A DNA stretch of 64,000 nucleotides from Eledone cirrhosa (GCA_964016885.1 OZ024740.1:265236001-265300000); one strand, 5' to 3'; shown: positions 16,148-31,295, counted from the first letter of the stretch. Made by a program: numbers and translations. Notes: a model not told the origin generated them from the sequence alone.

Positions 16148-16653
16148 TTGGATACTCTGGTGTGTTGTGGCCCATCTGGTATCTTATATATATGTATATG
16201 TATATATACATAGTGTGTACATATACATATTTTATGTATGTATATATACATATATATATATATAGAGAGAGAGAGAAAAGTGAAACATTACAAAAGAAAG
16301 GTTACAAAATCACATAGTTATATAAGTTTCACTCTTGGAGGAAATGGAGAAGGGTTCGACATTTCGGAAGAAGTTCTTCACGAGGAAATTCCGGATACGG
16401 AGAGAACAGGTAGTTTAGTGAAATTAGTGTGTGAAAGTTAGGTGAAGGGTGTTGGGAAGAGATTGATAGGTTGGGGGTGGTAGGTGACAGGTCTGAACTT
16501 GGGGATGGGTCCGAATTGGAGGGTAAAGGGGTGTCATGTGTGTGGTTGTGCCGAAGGGATGAAATTGGTAGGTGTGCGTCGTTTATGTCTGTGCCTGTGA
16601 GTGTGATCACGTGGTTGTCTCAGAGTCTTATATTGCTGGTGTGTGCACATAGT

Positions 16654-16687
<34 letters not shown>

Positions 16688-16780
16688 TTCTTAGTTTTGT
16701 TGTGCATGTATATGCGTGTGGGGGGTATGTGGCTTTTTTCTGTTGTTTCTATATATGTGAGTGCATACGATCGTGTGTAT

Positions 16781-19135
16781 TAGGCATTTGACTTTTTTAC
16801 AACCCCATATGAGCATACTACTTTCTAATGAGGTTTTTTTTATCATGAAAGAATTACAATAGTTTTTTTGTAAATTTTGAAAAAAATTCTTGCACATACT
16901 AAATTATATTTTTAATTTTTTGGTAATTAACCAGTCCCATAAAATAAATACCTAAAACAATAAATTATGACAATTAAAAATTTATTTTAATTATTAGTTA
17001 AACAAAATTTAATCTCTTAGGTACTATTACTTTTACAAAATGGCAAAAGGTCCTGCACAACTTTTACAGCTCGCTCAGCGCAAATGTTCGAGCGTTGCGT
17101 CACAATTGGAGATTCTTCATTAGACCAAAATTTTCTGACGGTGTTTGCAGCCTTTTCAGACTTGGCCTTAATTAGTTGGTCAATGAGTTTCTGCTTGCTG
17201 TCAGCTCTATACAGTTGACTGGAGAACCACATTTTTCCCCACATTCCGCAGATGTATTCAGCACCAGCGTGCAGCTTCGATCGTTCATCAGGCATCAAAA
17301 TAAACCCAAGCAACAAATAAATTGCTCGTCTATTCCAACGAGCATTATGCAAATTAGGTAATTTCTTAAAATTTATTTTAGGAAACGCACCGTTTTCAAA
17401 GAAATGTTGCACGGCTATCATGAGATGCTGAAGGAAATCCATGTCACTTCTCCTGCGCGTCGGGGTTTCATTAATTTCCGTCGTTCCATTTGAAAAGTTC
17501 TGCTTCAGTTCGTCATAATTCTTTAAAATGTCCTCAACAAAGTAATAATTGATATATGGCGAAGTTGTTTTGCTACTATATCAAAATAAACTTTCAATCC
17601 ACGGTCTAAAATGTGGTGCTGGCATCCAACATATAATGGCTTGCTGTAACCGCGACGCGCGAACTCACTGTTGAGCATGGCCACAACTCCTGCCTTTTTG
17701 CCGGTATTGACACTAGTGGTGTCGGAGACTATCATCACGATAGATTCCCAAAGTTCATATTTGTCAATAACTTCTTTTAATCCATTAAATATAGTAAGAT
17801 CCTTTCCATCGGTTAATGCCATCGGCTCTCATAATTTTTTATCACTACAAACTGATATTCTACGTCTCTCATTCGTTTTCCATCAAAATGAAGGCTCCAT
17901 TTTTCCCTTTTGAGTTCATTTTTCCACTTTTCCATGAGTTTCTCACCTTCTCTGATAACTGCTTTTTGCACAGCCGACTGACTCGGGGTGCTCACCTTAA
18001 TACCACCACTTTTAAATTCGTTGCAAACTGCTGCTGCTTTTCTACTAGGTAATTTAGTATTTCTTACTAGGTTAACAGCATGAGCTGTGTTTTCGCTTTT
18101 TCGTTTTTTTTTCTGGTGAAGGTGAAGGTTTGTAATTGCTGGTATTTGTATCGGTGTCACTGTAACTTTCATTTGAGTCCAGATGAATGTATGAACATGA
18201 TGGTTTATCATGATCTAGTTCTTGTTTTTTGTTTTTAATTCCCTTAAAGGATGGATTTTCTTTTCACTGTCTATTTTCATTGTAGTATACCCAACCTTTC
18301 CACAACTCTCAACTTGCTTTTCATAAAATGACACATTTTCGGCTGATAACCATGTCCCATATCTTTTTGTAATGTCAAACAGATTATTGAAATTCGCAGG
18401 GCTAGGTCTTTTCACTTCCTTTTCCATTTTTTTAATTATATTTTCAATTTTTCGAGGTATTGAAAGTTTGTTGATAGTTGGAAAGCCGAACTTTTCCCAT
18501 AAACTTTCACATTCTCCAGTAATTATCTTAATTATTTTTTTGGTATTTTTCTCTTCAGCAGCAAGAGTGATATATCTATCAACGATCTGTTGCTCAGTAG
18601 GTAGCTTGCATAATTCGATTAATGAACTTTGAATTTTCGTTTTCCTAGATATCTTTCTCTTCTCAAAATGACAAATATTTTTTGCCTAAATCTTTTTACT
18701 TTCCTCTTTAGCAACTGGATTTTTATACATCTGAAATGTATAATATTAATATAATATAATTATAAATATTAAAATATAATAATAAATATACCTCGCAAAT
18801 TTTAATTTATTCTATTTATGTATTTTATGAATTTTATGAACAGATTAAACTGACAAATAAGTGATGAACAAACAATAAAGTTGATCCATTAAACAATTTG
18901 AAGAAGAATACAATATTTTATAAACTGTTAAATTGCACACTATATTTTTATTACATCAACACATATATTGTATTCTATATTAGTTAATCAATGTTAAAGA
19001 ATCTACCTTGTGCAAGAGTTTTTAAAAATTCTAATATTTTTTAACATGCTTACAAGTATTTTCTAGTAAAAGTTCATCTGAAAATGGCATGGTCATTTAT
19101 TTTTTTAACAAAAGTGTTCTTTAGGAATATGCCTA
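16781..19135 (-). mobile_element. hAT superfamily (hATm-like) DNA transposon with frameshifted transposase at about 18670-17017
   Basis: Motifs WSLHFDGK, DTTSVNTG, GCQHHILD, HNARW..AIY and NICAERAVK; termini TAGGCAT/ATGCCTA; 8-bp TSD gtgtgtat/gagtgtat. Confidence 0.85.
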
Positions 19136-20061
19136 GAGTGTATGTGTATTTGCACGTGTGTGTCGGATGAGTGCGTGTGAGTGTGTCTATACGAGTGTGC
19201 GTAGAGGTGACTTTTTTCTATTTTCTCTGTGTTGACGTTTGTGTGTGTGTATTTTCACGTGAGGGTGTGTGTGAGTAGATGGTTTTGTATTATCTCTAGA
19301 GGGAAGTTTTTGTGTGTGTATGTTAATGTTTGGGTATATCTGTGTTGTGTGTGTGTCTGTGTGTCTGTGACTTTTCTGTTGTATCTATGTATGTACTTGT
19401 GTGACGGATGAGTGAGTGTGCAGGTTTGCGTGTGTGTGTGTGTGTATTTTCCCGTGTGTGTCTGTTAACTGTTTGTATGTGTGTATGTTAGTATCCACGT
19501 GAGCGCTGTTGTTATGCGTATTGTTAGTACGTGCATGTGTGTGAGAGTGAATGTGTATAGGTTTATGTATGGGTATGTCTGTGTGTATGTCGGAATTTTC
19601 ACTTATAATACGGCCCAGTGATGTGGTCGAGAAGCTATACGAGGCCAAGAAATATTTTATTCTGAGCGGAAGTGGGGAGAGGATGAAGAGGGAGATGTAG
19701 TGGCGAAGGCTGAACGGAAGTGATTTGAGAGCTGTGGTGGTAGCGTGTGTTTATGTGTGTGTACGCATGCGCACGGGTGTGTGTGTAATAGGCACAAGTC
19801 GAAGGTGGTATTAAAAGGGAGTGCTGGATATGTCTCTATTGGTTATAGGGAGCAAAGGTAGATGGCCGGTGAGGTGGCGAGTGGTCTGTGGAGGTTGGTA
19901 AGTTCGTTTATTAGTAAGTGCTGTTGATAGGGTTAACGATGTGTCATATGGTTGGGACAGGTAAAGTTTTAGTGTGTGTGTATGGTATTAAAGAGGTGGA
20001 GCGTGTGTTTGTGGGCTTGCATGTGTCTTTTTCTATTTCATCTATGTATGTGAGTGTGTCG

Positions 20062-20322
20062 GGAGGCACGTGGCCTAGTTGTAATGGTATTGAACTTACT
20101 GTCATAATGTTGTCGGTGCGATTCCTGGGTTGCGTGTTGTGTTCTTGAGAAAAACATACGTTGCTCCAGTATAATCAGCTGAAAATGAGTACCAGCAATA
20201 GCTGGAGGTTTAACCCTGCGATAGACTGGCGTCTTGTCCAAGGGGAAGTCATGTACTCTCAGTCGCTTCACGCCGTGAAACCGGCCAAATGAGCCTTCTG
20301 GCTTATGACAGACTTTAGACTT
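20062..20322 (+). mobile_element. tRNA-derived SINE with CORE-like segment
   Basis: GGAGGCACGTGGCCTAGT head, TGTGTTCTTGAG..CAGCTGAAAATGAGTACC, then AACCCTGCGATAGACTGGCGTC. Confidence 0.7.
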
Positions 20323-21484
20323 GTTGTATAAGTGTGTATGTTTGTGTTTGTGTGTGTATGGTAATATCGAAGTGAAAGTGGTAGTAGTCGAGCTTTTAGC
20401 TTGTTAGTGGTGTTGGGTACTTGCGTTTGGGTGGTAGAGTGGTGGTGTGTGGAGGTGGAAGACAGTTAATAGTGTTAGTGGTGGGTCAGTGTGGGTGGTG
20501 GCGGTATATTAGTTGATTAGTTGGTACTGTAGTGGAGTAAAAGAGTGGGGGTTATAGAGGTAACTGGTATAGGGTGTGTAGGTTTGTTTAGGCTGGTGAT
20601 AGAGAGGTGTGGGGTGTAGTGTGTATGGTTGAGGAGCTAAAGGAAGAGGGTGGGGAATTTAGACTATTTCCTGTCCACGCCTGGATTAAAAAATAGTGCA
20701 CTGCTCATTTCTATGGCATGTGGCCGGGGCTCCGGAGCATACAATAAGGCCACAGACAGAAATGTTGCAGGGGAGTGTCCGGTAGAGCGGATGAGATCGG
20801 CTACCGTTGCTCAGCAAAATAGTCGGCTAATCGATGCCCAGTCTGTCCGATGTAGACAGCTCCACACAGCGTGCTGTGGAGCCCGGAGACAAAGCTGGAG
20901 GAGGTGCAGCGGAAGGAGTCCTGGACTTAGAAAGATTGGCTGTTGTGACGACATCACGGGCGCGATTTAGATCGGCGTGCACAAGGGAAGGGAGTAACCT
21001 CAACGACTAATGGGTCCGAGCCTCGAAGTCCTGGTATCGACGGCATAGGCGGTGGAGTCCGAGAAATTGGGAGATGGGGATGGAGTATTTAGTGTGGGTG
21101 GGGTGGGAGGTGGTGAAATCGTGTTAGGAATGGGACTCAGTAGGTTTCATGAAGGCGGAAGTAAAGATAGAGCGATGGGAGGGGTCGAAGGAGATGGATA
21201 TGTCCAGGAAGTGAACGGAGGTGGTAGAAATGGATGTTGTGAAATCGAATGTGGGGTGGAAGGAGCAGAGAAAAGAGAGAAACGAATCAAGCGGTTCTCA
21301 GGTGAGTGAGTTTGCACCGATCTAGTCATCAATATATCGGCCGTATAGTTCGGGGATTGGGTCGGTGTACTAGGTAAAGATTTGGGCCTCACCGTAGCTG
21401 ACGTAGGTTGGCGTAATTGGGACTCCTTCTTGAGCCTATAGTCATCCCGGTTACCTTTGGTAGAACGCACCCGAGAAAGAAAAT

Positions 21485-21863
21485 CAATGTTTATCATTGA
21501 TCGAGCAACGGTTAAAAATACAGATATAAATATATAAATATAGTCGATCAAAGTTCTTTTGTCACACATCTGCGACATCATCAGTGGTACTATTATGTTT
21601 CCTCCGGTTATATTGTAATGCCTAAGCCATTTTTATTTTATTTATTTATGTTTGCGCATGTGTTTGCGTCTATGTTTAATGTTTGGGGTGTTTGAGTGTG
21701 TGTGTTTTTGTTTCTGTATTCTATCTTTTTTCACTAGTGTGTGTACTTGTGTATATATTTATTTAAATTAACTATGGAGATATAAAAGATACAGAAGCGA
21801 AAACCAACACAAACCAAACAGTGGCAATATTATGACAATATGACCCTCCCTAAGTATAACAAT
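21485..21863. mobile_element. Family A PLE terminal repeat (inverted junction near 21770) with a minus-strand hammerhead motif at 21547-21588
   Basis: CTGATGA-T-GTCGCA-gatg-TGTGAC-AAAA (G12 mutated); ends TGACCCTCCCTAAGTATAACAATA-(TA)n. Confidence 0.75.
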
Positions 21864-21896
21864 ATATATATATATACATATATACACACACACACA

Positions 21897-21980
<84 letters not shown>

Positions 21981-22658
21981 ACGTACATTTAGAATCTCTG
22001 AATATTTCGAAGTATATATTTTATAAAAAAAATGTATATCACAGTCAAGTTAGGCTTCCCTCATTTCCTTTTTTTTTTTATTATATACTCTATTCGTCCC
22101 AACACTACTTTTACTTGGCTAAGCAATGAGAATGTAAAGATATAGTGTTGTGAGCAAAGAGAAGTGGTTGAAAATAATTATGAGACATCAACCACATATG
22201 TATTTATGTGGCAATAGAAATGAAAATATGGTTTTTCTACTTAATTTCAGATCTCTTGCCCAGAACCTGAAGCGGTTTTAACATTTTTCATTTCTATCTC
22301 ATAGGAAGGGATGGAAACACATATAACATGATAAATAAGGGAGGGAAGAGATGAAAAGAGGCAGGTAAGGTGAGAAGGAGGAGGAGGAGAGAGAGTTGGA
22401 GAGAAAAATAGAAAGATATAGAGGGGAGTAGAAAGAGAGAGAAACAAGTGAAGCGAAGTAATAGAGCGAAATATATAGATATATGAAAAATGGAAAGATG
22501 AAGATAAAATAAGTTAGACAACAACAGAAACACGAGAAATGGTAAAATAAAATATAAAGTAGAATGAATAATACAGAGTGAAGCGGAAGAGAAGGAATGG
22601 AGAGAGAAAGACAGATGGAATACAGAGTGGGAGTAACACACTCACATACACACACACG

Positions 22659-22696
<38 letters not shown>

Positions 22697-23039
22697 GTAT
22701 ATTTGTGTCGGTGTAAGTATATATATAAATATAGTGAGGTGGGAGAAGAAGTAGTTATTACGAAGAGATCAATAAAGTTGACATAATTACGGAAGATTGA
22801 ACGTTATAGAAGAAGCAGACTTTTCTATGTTGGCCTAGCTGTTCGAACCTGGTCGATTAAAATAGGAAATATCTAACTCATGCTTCATTAATCCGTTGAT
22901 GTATCTAGCTTTATCATTGGCTGTTGGACGGATTAAATGAATTACTTAGACAACCAGGTATCTATATTTATTCGAATGCTAAAGAATTTTCTTTAGCATT
23001 ACACAATATAGCTGCTGGCTAATAGAGAGGATGAAATAA

Positions 23040-23330
23040 GCCAACTTCTGTTTCAGGATTCTTCTTACTCTTGAATTTCCAATATCCGGTACAGAGATCC
23101 CTTACAGCAATGCACACCAATCGTGAACAATTCCACTGACCGTCAGATACGTATGTCCAGAAGTCATTGATATCAATAAAAGACGCATACAAATGTCGTT
23201 GTTTACCACTCCACTTGCTTCACTGTTTATGTCTATCGGGAAATCTGACATCAAGACAGGCCATCGTCGTATGCAACTTATGTACAGAACATATCACTAA
23301 CGCATCGTTGTACATATATCTTACTATTCG
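23040..23330 (-). mobile_element. Possible old LINE RT remnant
   Basis: RHLYASFIDI resembles the RT motif LYxxFIDxxKAFD; little other support. Confidence 0.3.
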
Positions 23331-23474
23331 AATGTTGTTTCTTTTTAATCTATCTATTCAACAAACTGCTCTCTCACCTTCAGATTTCTTCCTCCAATCA
23401 TTCTTCTCTTCCTTCAATTTTCCTCACATACTCTTCATTTTCTTCCTCACCAATATCTCATTATCAACTTGCTG

Positions 23475-23505
23475 TTATTATTATTACCACTATTATTATT
23501 ACCAA

Positions 23506-23591
<86 letters not shown>
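23475..23591. repeat. (TAT)n microsatellite
   Basis: Direct reading. Confidence 0.95.
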
Positions 23592-23592
<1 letters not shown>

Positions 23593-24419
23593 AATTAATT
23601 TGACTGTTCTTGTTGTTATTTCTCTTGTTTCTGTTGTTAGTAACACAACGTTTGTGTTGGTTTTTATTGTTATCTTCACTCTGTTGATGCTTGACTCTGT
23701 AATTCTATTTGGTAGAAGGCAATGGTCTCTGTAAATATAAACTGTTTGCAGCTACAAACATTAACCCGAGCAATAGTTAACATAGAGTTCTTAATCTTCT
23801 CTTTCAGTTATTTTATGATACTTTTTGGTATATGGCGGAAATATTTTCCCTTTGAAACTTTCAATTGTTCTTTAGGGCTGTCTTATCAAAGGTCGTAAAA
23901 GGTGATGCAATAACTGTGCTCAACTGGAATTAATAAGGATATATGGAGAAAAATGCAGAGATGGGAAAGAAACAATATTTTATACAACTTATGGCGGAAA
24001 TAAAAGGAACGAGGGGGTCGTTTGATTCGAAGCAATGCAGTTCCTGGTTCCTGATGTCTTAATCAAGGTAAGATGTGAACTCTTTCGCCTGCCTCACTTA
24101 GTTTCAGTTGCAAACGAAATAATATGCATGCATGAGTGAAGAGAAAATTTATCATATCCAAAAGGAATCTATAGAAAACAAAACAGAAAAAAAAAAGAAT
24201 TATGAAGGAAAGGAAAAAAGTATATTTGGCAGGAAAATAACTACTTGCAAAGATATTACTTTGTAAGAAAAGAAAATTTATTCAATATGAACAGTTCTAA
24301 TAATAGATATTTTAGCAATAAAAACAATATTTTGGATATAGAATGGTTTGATATTGTCTTCGGTTGTATCAGATATAATTTTATGAAGAAAAATAAGAGA
24401 GAGAGAGAGGATGGATGAG

Positions 24420-24513
<94 letters not shown>

Positions 24514-25129
24514 GAGAGATACATGCTGAATATCAAGTGTTCTTTTTATTAACATCTAACAAAATACGAAATATAGAAATTAATTTACGACGACTGAAAT
24601 TCATAAAGTTAAGACACTGATTCTAGTTTACATTCTGCTGTATATATATCCTCTTAATCCAAAGTTACTATACAGAGAGTCAAAATATCTTGTTTATGAA
24701 ATAGTTTGATAATAACTAAGAAATTAAAACCTGTCAAGAAATCTCGTGAGACTTAAAAGGACAATGTTTTTGTTGTTTTTTTCTGCATAAAATAATTTTT
24801 GCTGCCTACTAATTACATCGATCTCAATATATTATTTTATTTTTTTTATAAATTACCATGGGTTGTTGAAAGGATACTAAACATAGAGCTGCAGATCACA
24901 CGCTTGATGTCGAGTCCTGATAAATAAGGAACAACTGTCAGGCTATGAGGTTGGAAGAATATAAATGAGGAGAAGTATTTACCACAGTAAATATTGACTG
25001 TATTGCAAAATTTGTTTGTTTACTTAAGTTTCGTTTGCTCGTACATTTTACTTTATTTTTTATTGTTTATTTTTTACCTGTTAGGGTTGGAGGAAGGAGC
25101 AGCGTTTATGGCTTTAACAGTTTCTCCGA

Positions 25130-25420
25130 AATCAGAGAAATTGATACACTACCGTTGATCTTATATTTAAATTGTTGCAGATCCTCTGCTTTGGGAAAGA
25201 CTTGAGCAAGAGAAAGGCACAACATTCGTGAAAATATTAACTGGCTGGGGCACACCAGTTGCTTGGTGAGAGGAAAAGAGATGAGTGAAACATGCCTACC
25301 TGTGGAAAAATGGCAAGAGTTCAACAATCTTCGAGGAGCAGAGACCATTGCAGTAATGGTAGAATAAACAGAGGGAGTGACAGCATGTCGGTAGACGAGA
25401 TGCTGGGAAGGATTATAAGC
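25130..25420 (-). mobile_element. CR1/L2-like LINE 3' fragment
   Basis: Pieces HLVYRHAV, SLCLFYHYCNGLCS and QVFPKAEDLQQFKYKIN match LINE ORF2 C-terminal patterns. Confidence 0.6.
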
Positions 25421-26874
25421 TGACGTTAATGATTTAAACTGAATAACCGACTGTGGGTAACCCCAACCCCATCCTACTTGAGAATGCAGCACTCACTTGA
25501 GTTTGTTGTGGATTGAATATTTTGAAAGCTGATGTGGTTCATCTTTCACTTGATATTTTCTTCTGCTTTGCTTTTCGTAGGGTCACATATTTGAGTCTTA
25601 TTCGTCATGCATTTTGGTCATCTGGAATAATAATGCAGGTTGTGACGATTTTTAGAGAATACTAACTTAAAAAACGTGCATGTGGTATGCTCAGCCATTT
25701 GCCCCTTAATGTAACTGATGGGTGTACAACAGACATCAAAAAGGATATCTAATGACCGATACTGTTTAATTGAATTGACAAAACCATTGGAGTGCCGGAC
25801 GATAGGCTTTGAAGTTATCAATAACATAGTTTTCAGTTACCTTCAGATTTCATATCCCACAAAATTCAAATTTGTTATTCATCCAAGGTCCATTTAATCG
25901 ACACCCCCCTCCGACACCTAAATTTCTGACTTTGTGTTTAAATTAAAATGAAAATCGATTTAATATAATTCTCACGCAGAAATGCCGTGAATCACAACTT
26001 TTCTAGCCTTTGCGATCTTGTTTCACAAAGAAATACTTGATAAAATTCTAATTATTTGACTTCAATACTATTCTACTCATATGGCTATTATACCAGGTTT
26101 GATCATCTAACGTTTAAGAAATGCAATCAATTTAAGTTAATGGACGATGTAATCAATTAAAAATAAACAATTTACGAAATTAAAAATTGCGTAATTAGTG
26201 TTATAAGTATTCTGTAAGTGCGGGGTGATATTTCTATTTATGGATATGTCAAATGATTTGTGTATACACATTTGCTGATAATATTGGATTTAGAAATAAT
26301 CATATTACCTTATATTATATAATCTAGCTTCACCGACGTTTTTCTAAGCATTTCTGTAAAATATGATAAACAGAGGCATTCATATTTAAAAATGCTAATA
26401 CTAAATATGACCTCCATATTATACAGATTGTTTTAGTTGTGTTTAAACTATATAAATCACTTCAGCTCCCACGTATGTAGGTTTTGCAAGCCTCACGTAA
26501 AGTTGAAAGTCATGACTTTATAATCATGAGCCTAACAACTTTATCATCTACGCCAGCTACCTTCACATACGAAACATACTTTAGCGTATCCAAAAGGATA
26601 TTAATAAAAAACGAATTAAACTTAAAATATTGTATCAACTGTCCATATTAATTATAAAAGGATCTGAGAAACTGAAACTATTTAATAATATCAGGACTTA
26701 TATTAGGATAAAATGGACGACGAAATATTTCATTATGGATATAGCAAACTATATCAAAGTATTATACATGATGCAAATTATTGTTTTCAATATCTGTTAG
26801 TAAATTAATAGTTGTTGTTCTTTATCCACCACATTTATATGTAGTCTCTCTCCCTCTCTTTCTCTCTCACTCAC

Positions 26875-26958
<84 letters not shown>

Positions 26959-27292
26959 TATGTGTGAGTGCATATGTGTTTGTTTTTATGGGAGATAGAG
27001 ACATAGAGAGATTGCAGGTTATAACTGCACAAATTCATTGCCAATCTCCAATAAAACCAGGTTAATCCTTAAATAAGGAAAAAATGGTAAACAAAGCTGA
27101 TTGATAATTAGCAAAGCGAACTATTCTAAAAAAATAAACGGAGAAACAAAATACATTTTATGCTGCAACGAATTTAAATTAAAGAAAATTTAACAGAACA
27201 GCCTTGTTTAAGAAAAATGCCAACGGGAAAATAAATAAACAAAGCTTAACAATAGTAAAATTTCTTTGAGCAATATATATATTTAAGATCCT

Positions 27293-27328
<36 letters not shown>

Positions 27329-27521
27329 GTGTGTGTGTGTGTGTGTGTATATGCATAGGATCTTAAATAAAACCAGAAATCACGCTATTAAAATTAAGGC
27401 AATATTATCCTATAAATGGAATTTGTAATTAATGGATAATTATGTATTTATTTATTACCTGTGGTTTTCTTATATTTATTTTGTGATGTCTGTCTAGCAG
27501 CTACTTGATATTCTGTTTTTA

Positions 27522-27553
<32 letters not shown>

Positions 27554-27574
27554 GTAAATATATATATATATATT

Positions 27575-27631
<57 letters not shown>

Positions 27632-28439
27632 TAGTTAAAGAGGGTTATTTTGTTGGGGATGATGAAAACTCTATTTAAGAATTATGTCACAGAGCTTCAA
27701 GCAAATTTAATACTGCGATAGCTTAATATCATCAAAACTGTAAGTGGTTAAGGATAAACATAAATATAAACATGAGCTAAATTACAAATAAAAGCCTTAA
27801 GAACGTTAATAGAGCGAAACCTGAAAAATAGAGGCGATCATGAGATTGGATCTAGAAATTCATTTTCCATTGAATTTTCCGTTGCTGGCACAACCTGGTA
27901 ACTATCAAATCCTAGACCAGCAAGTGGAATTTTATAATCAGAACGCACAGAAACATCCTATTCCACCAATCCACATCCACTGAACCCGGAAATATTAAAT
28001 GGCGAATGTGACCACGGTGAGATTTGAACAAATAATGAGGCATCTAATCCAACGCTCAGTCATCTAATCCAAGTCAGCGGCTTAACATACATAAACACAA
28101 TGATATGTCAAAAACTGTGCTCATAGCAGTTGGATAGTAGATCACAATTCGCTATAAATCAGTATAAACTGAGTTCAATTCAAGGACGATAAAAGGTGTA
28201 ACCTCGGCATAGATGACAGCAATGTCTTAAAAATTACTAACTTCCAATTATCATAACAAGTAAAATATTATTTGTCTTTCAATGTAAATATATAAGAATT
28301 ATTAAAATCACGTATTTGTCGACGAAGGGTGAAAAAGATATGAAGAAAACAATAAATATTATAAAAAAAAAGAACATATAGGATATAAATAGCGTAACCA
28401 ACGCTGAAAAACACCACACATTCAGATATTTTTGAGGCT

Positions 28440-28732
28440 GTTGCTGGAATTCCGTCGATTGCTGCGATGTGTGTTCTTGTTATTTGATTAATGGATCAAT
28501 TTACTTGGGAAATAAGCGGACAAGTGGGTGTGGATTCCGTAAATACGTCTACATTTAATGCAATTCTCATGAAGATTCAGCGTGGTTCAGTGTGGGACAA
28601 AGTTTGATTTGATTCACAGATACTTTATATTTCCTTCTAGTTAAACAGATTGAGCAACGAGAAATAAAGTGTCTTACTTAAGGGCACAATGTGCCACCGT
28701 GAATTGACATCACAGCTTTAAGATCGTGAGCG
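28440..28732 (-). mobile_element. Diverged CORE-like SINE
   Basis: Reverse complement TGTGCCCTTAAGTAAGACACTTTATTTC; similar to 43335-43620. Confidence 0.5.
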
Positions 28733-28807
28733 AAATTAAGACAGAGTACTTTGAACTATCTCCCAGTATTAGTAGATAGATTAAGAAAGAGAGAGAGGGA
28801 GAGAGAT

Positions 28808-28840
<33 letters not shown>

Positions 28841-29771
28841 TGTGCGTGTGTGAAACTTGCAAATCATAAACTGTATGAGTGAAGGTGCAGACAGCAGAAC
28901 GACTGGTATTCGATGTTGGTAGAAATCTGATATGACCTCTTATTATATCAAGGTCATTGAAATATTTGCATTGTGTGACTCACAAGAAAAATTATAAACA
29001 ACACAAACATACAACGACAGAAAATTTATCACAAAGCGCTTCAAAAAAGAAAGGAAAATATTTACATTTTCGGCAACATTATTATCACCACCAATACGTA
29101 TCATTAATATCTAAGAAAAGCAAAGTAATGCTTTCGATAACAAACCCTGACTCGCCTATTGCTAGTATACAAAGAAACTGCCATTCAAAAACTTTGTTAT
29201 TTGAGCCGTTTACTTATTTGCACGAACTTTAGTATTTCCCTTTCAGCAATATTTCATCCACTGAACTTCGAGTGATTAGGTGATTTTTTTCTATTTTATT
29301 TATCTCTTTACTGGGTCTGTCTATGCTTTTTTTTTTTTTTTTTTTTTATTCGTATACCAATCTGTTGAAATCCTGGACACTTTTGCGTGCGAAAAATCAA
29401 AGCGAGCAATCAAATCATCTCTGTGAATCAGGAAGCAGAGTGCATATTACCAGTGACTACTTCACAGGCTTCTAGACATTTATATTCTGCGCATTTTTCT
29501 TTTTCTTTTCTCTCTCCGTTTTTTCTTTTTTTTTCTTTTTATTTTGGTCATTCAGTCATACAATATACCTTTAAACACCAGGCAAATAAACAGGTGTCTT
29601 TCTTAGTTCTTATTGCCATTTCTTATGTGGCATCTTCATGCACACACATATTCATATATATATATATATACAGAGTGAGATAGAAAGAGAGAACGAGAGA
29701 GAGTGAAAGAGAATGTTTGTATGTGTATGTGTCTGTATGCATATATGTAACTGTATGTGTACTGTAACATG

Positions 29772-29817
<46 letters not shown>

Positions 29818-29906
29818 ATTACATGTATGTATGTCCATATATGGTGGACTTGGGGTTCCTCACTTCCTTATAGAATACGATTATAATACTATTCACACGA
29901 CACACA

Positions 29907-29942
<36 letters not shown>

Positions 29943-29976
29943 CATGCATACACATACATACGCACACACACATATA

Positions 29977-30113
<137 letters not shown>

Positions 30114-30236
30114 CGATATGTATGTATTATGTATGTATACATATGTGTATTCGCGTGGGCATATATGCCAAGGATATTAACAACTTTTTTCGTTTTTAGT
30201 ATCAATGAAATTTGGGAGAAAAACTGAATTCGATTA

Positions 30237-31206
30237 AAAATGAACCAATTACTCAGTGGAACACCTCCTTAAGTGATAGTGTAGCATCCATATTCTGTAA
30301 TGTAGCATCCATATATAAAATAAACGCATGAAACAATCTCAGGGAATAATTTGTAAAGTGTGTAAGCACACATATCTAAGATTGTTTCGTGTGTTTATTT
30401 TATATATATATATGTCAATCTACTTCTAGTTGATATAAAATGCTCAGATCTATTCATTGGAATATTTGAACTTATTCTGCAGTGAATATGGCGTATGTCT
30501 CTCAGACATGACAACCTTAATTTAATTTTGGATATATATACGGCCCCTTAACTGTAGAGCTAATTCAGTTGAATGGACTTAGCTGCTATTTCTAGCTGTC
30601 GATAATCCTATTCACGCCACTGGGATGACGCGGAACGATGTCTGTATTTTTTATAAAATGCAACACGTGGTTCGAGTCATTCACAGATTTGCATTTGATG
30701 TGTAAACGCAAATGGTTGGATCTTCTCCTTTGGTGACCATCCGGGATTTCACCACTGTGATTAATTGATGAAATATATTTTTTATTTAAAGAAATATATA
30801 CAAAGGAGATTAAGCATTTTAAAAGGTATCTATATTTGAAGTTCTAGTTAAACTTTAATTAGTTACCTACCTAGCTATGTGTGGTTACACACTTTATAAA
30901 TTATTCCCTGAGATAAAAATGAACCAATTACTCAGTCGAACACCTCCTTAAGTGATAGTGTAGCATCCATATTCTGTAATGTAGCATCCATATATAAAAT
31001 AAACGCATGAAACAATCTCAGGGAATAATTTGTAAAGTGTGTAAGCACACATATCTAAGATTGTTTCGTGTGTTTATTTTATATCTATATATGTCTATCT
31101 ACTTCTAGTTTATATAAAATGCTCAGATCTACTCATTGGAATCTTTGAGCTTATTCTGCAGTGAATATGGTGCATATCTCTCAGACATGACAGCCTTAAT
31201 TTAATT
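30237..31206. repeat. About 290-bp direct repeat (30237-30527 / 30916-31206), each copy with an internal hairpin
   Basis: Near-identical copies about 680 bp apart. Confidence 0.85.
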
Positions 31207-31214
31207 ATACACAT

Positions 31215-31249
<35 letters not shown>

Positions 31250-31295
31250 TGTGGAATACTGTTAGCTTCTCGCTAAAACAATTTCTATACCTTTC

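Larger units (their letters stand above)
16320..21490 (-). mobile_element. 5'-truncated Neptune-like PLE (RT C-half, GIY-YIG, long CA-rich 3' region), interrupted by hATm and a SINE
   Basis: Minus strand near 21480-21320 gives PNYANL and PELYGRYIDD; near 20870 gives CGAVYIGQTGHRLADYFAE; 16330-16580 resembles 51600-51790. Continuity across the insertions is inferred. Confidence 0.7.
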
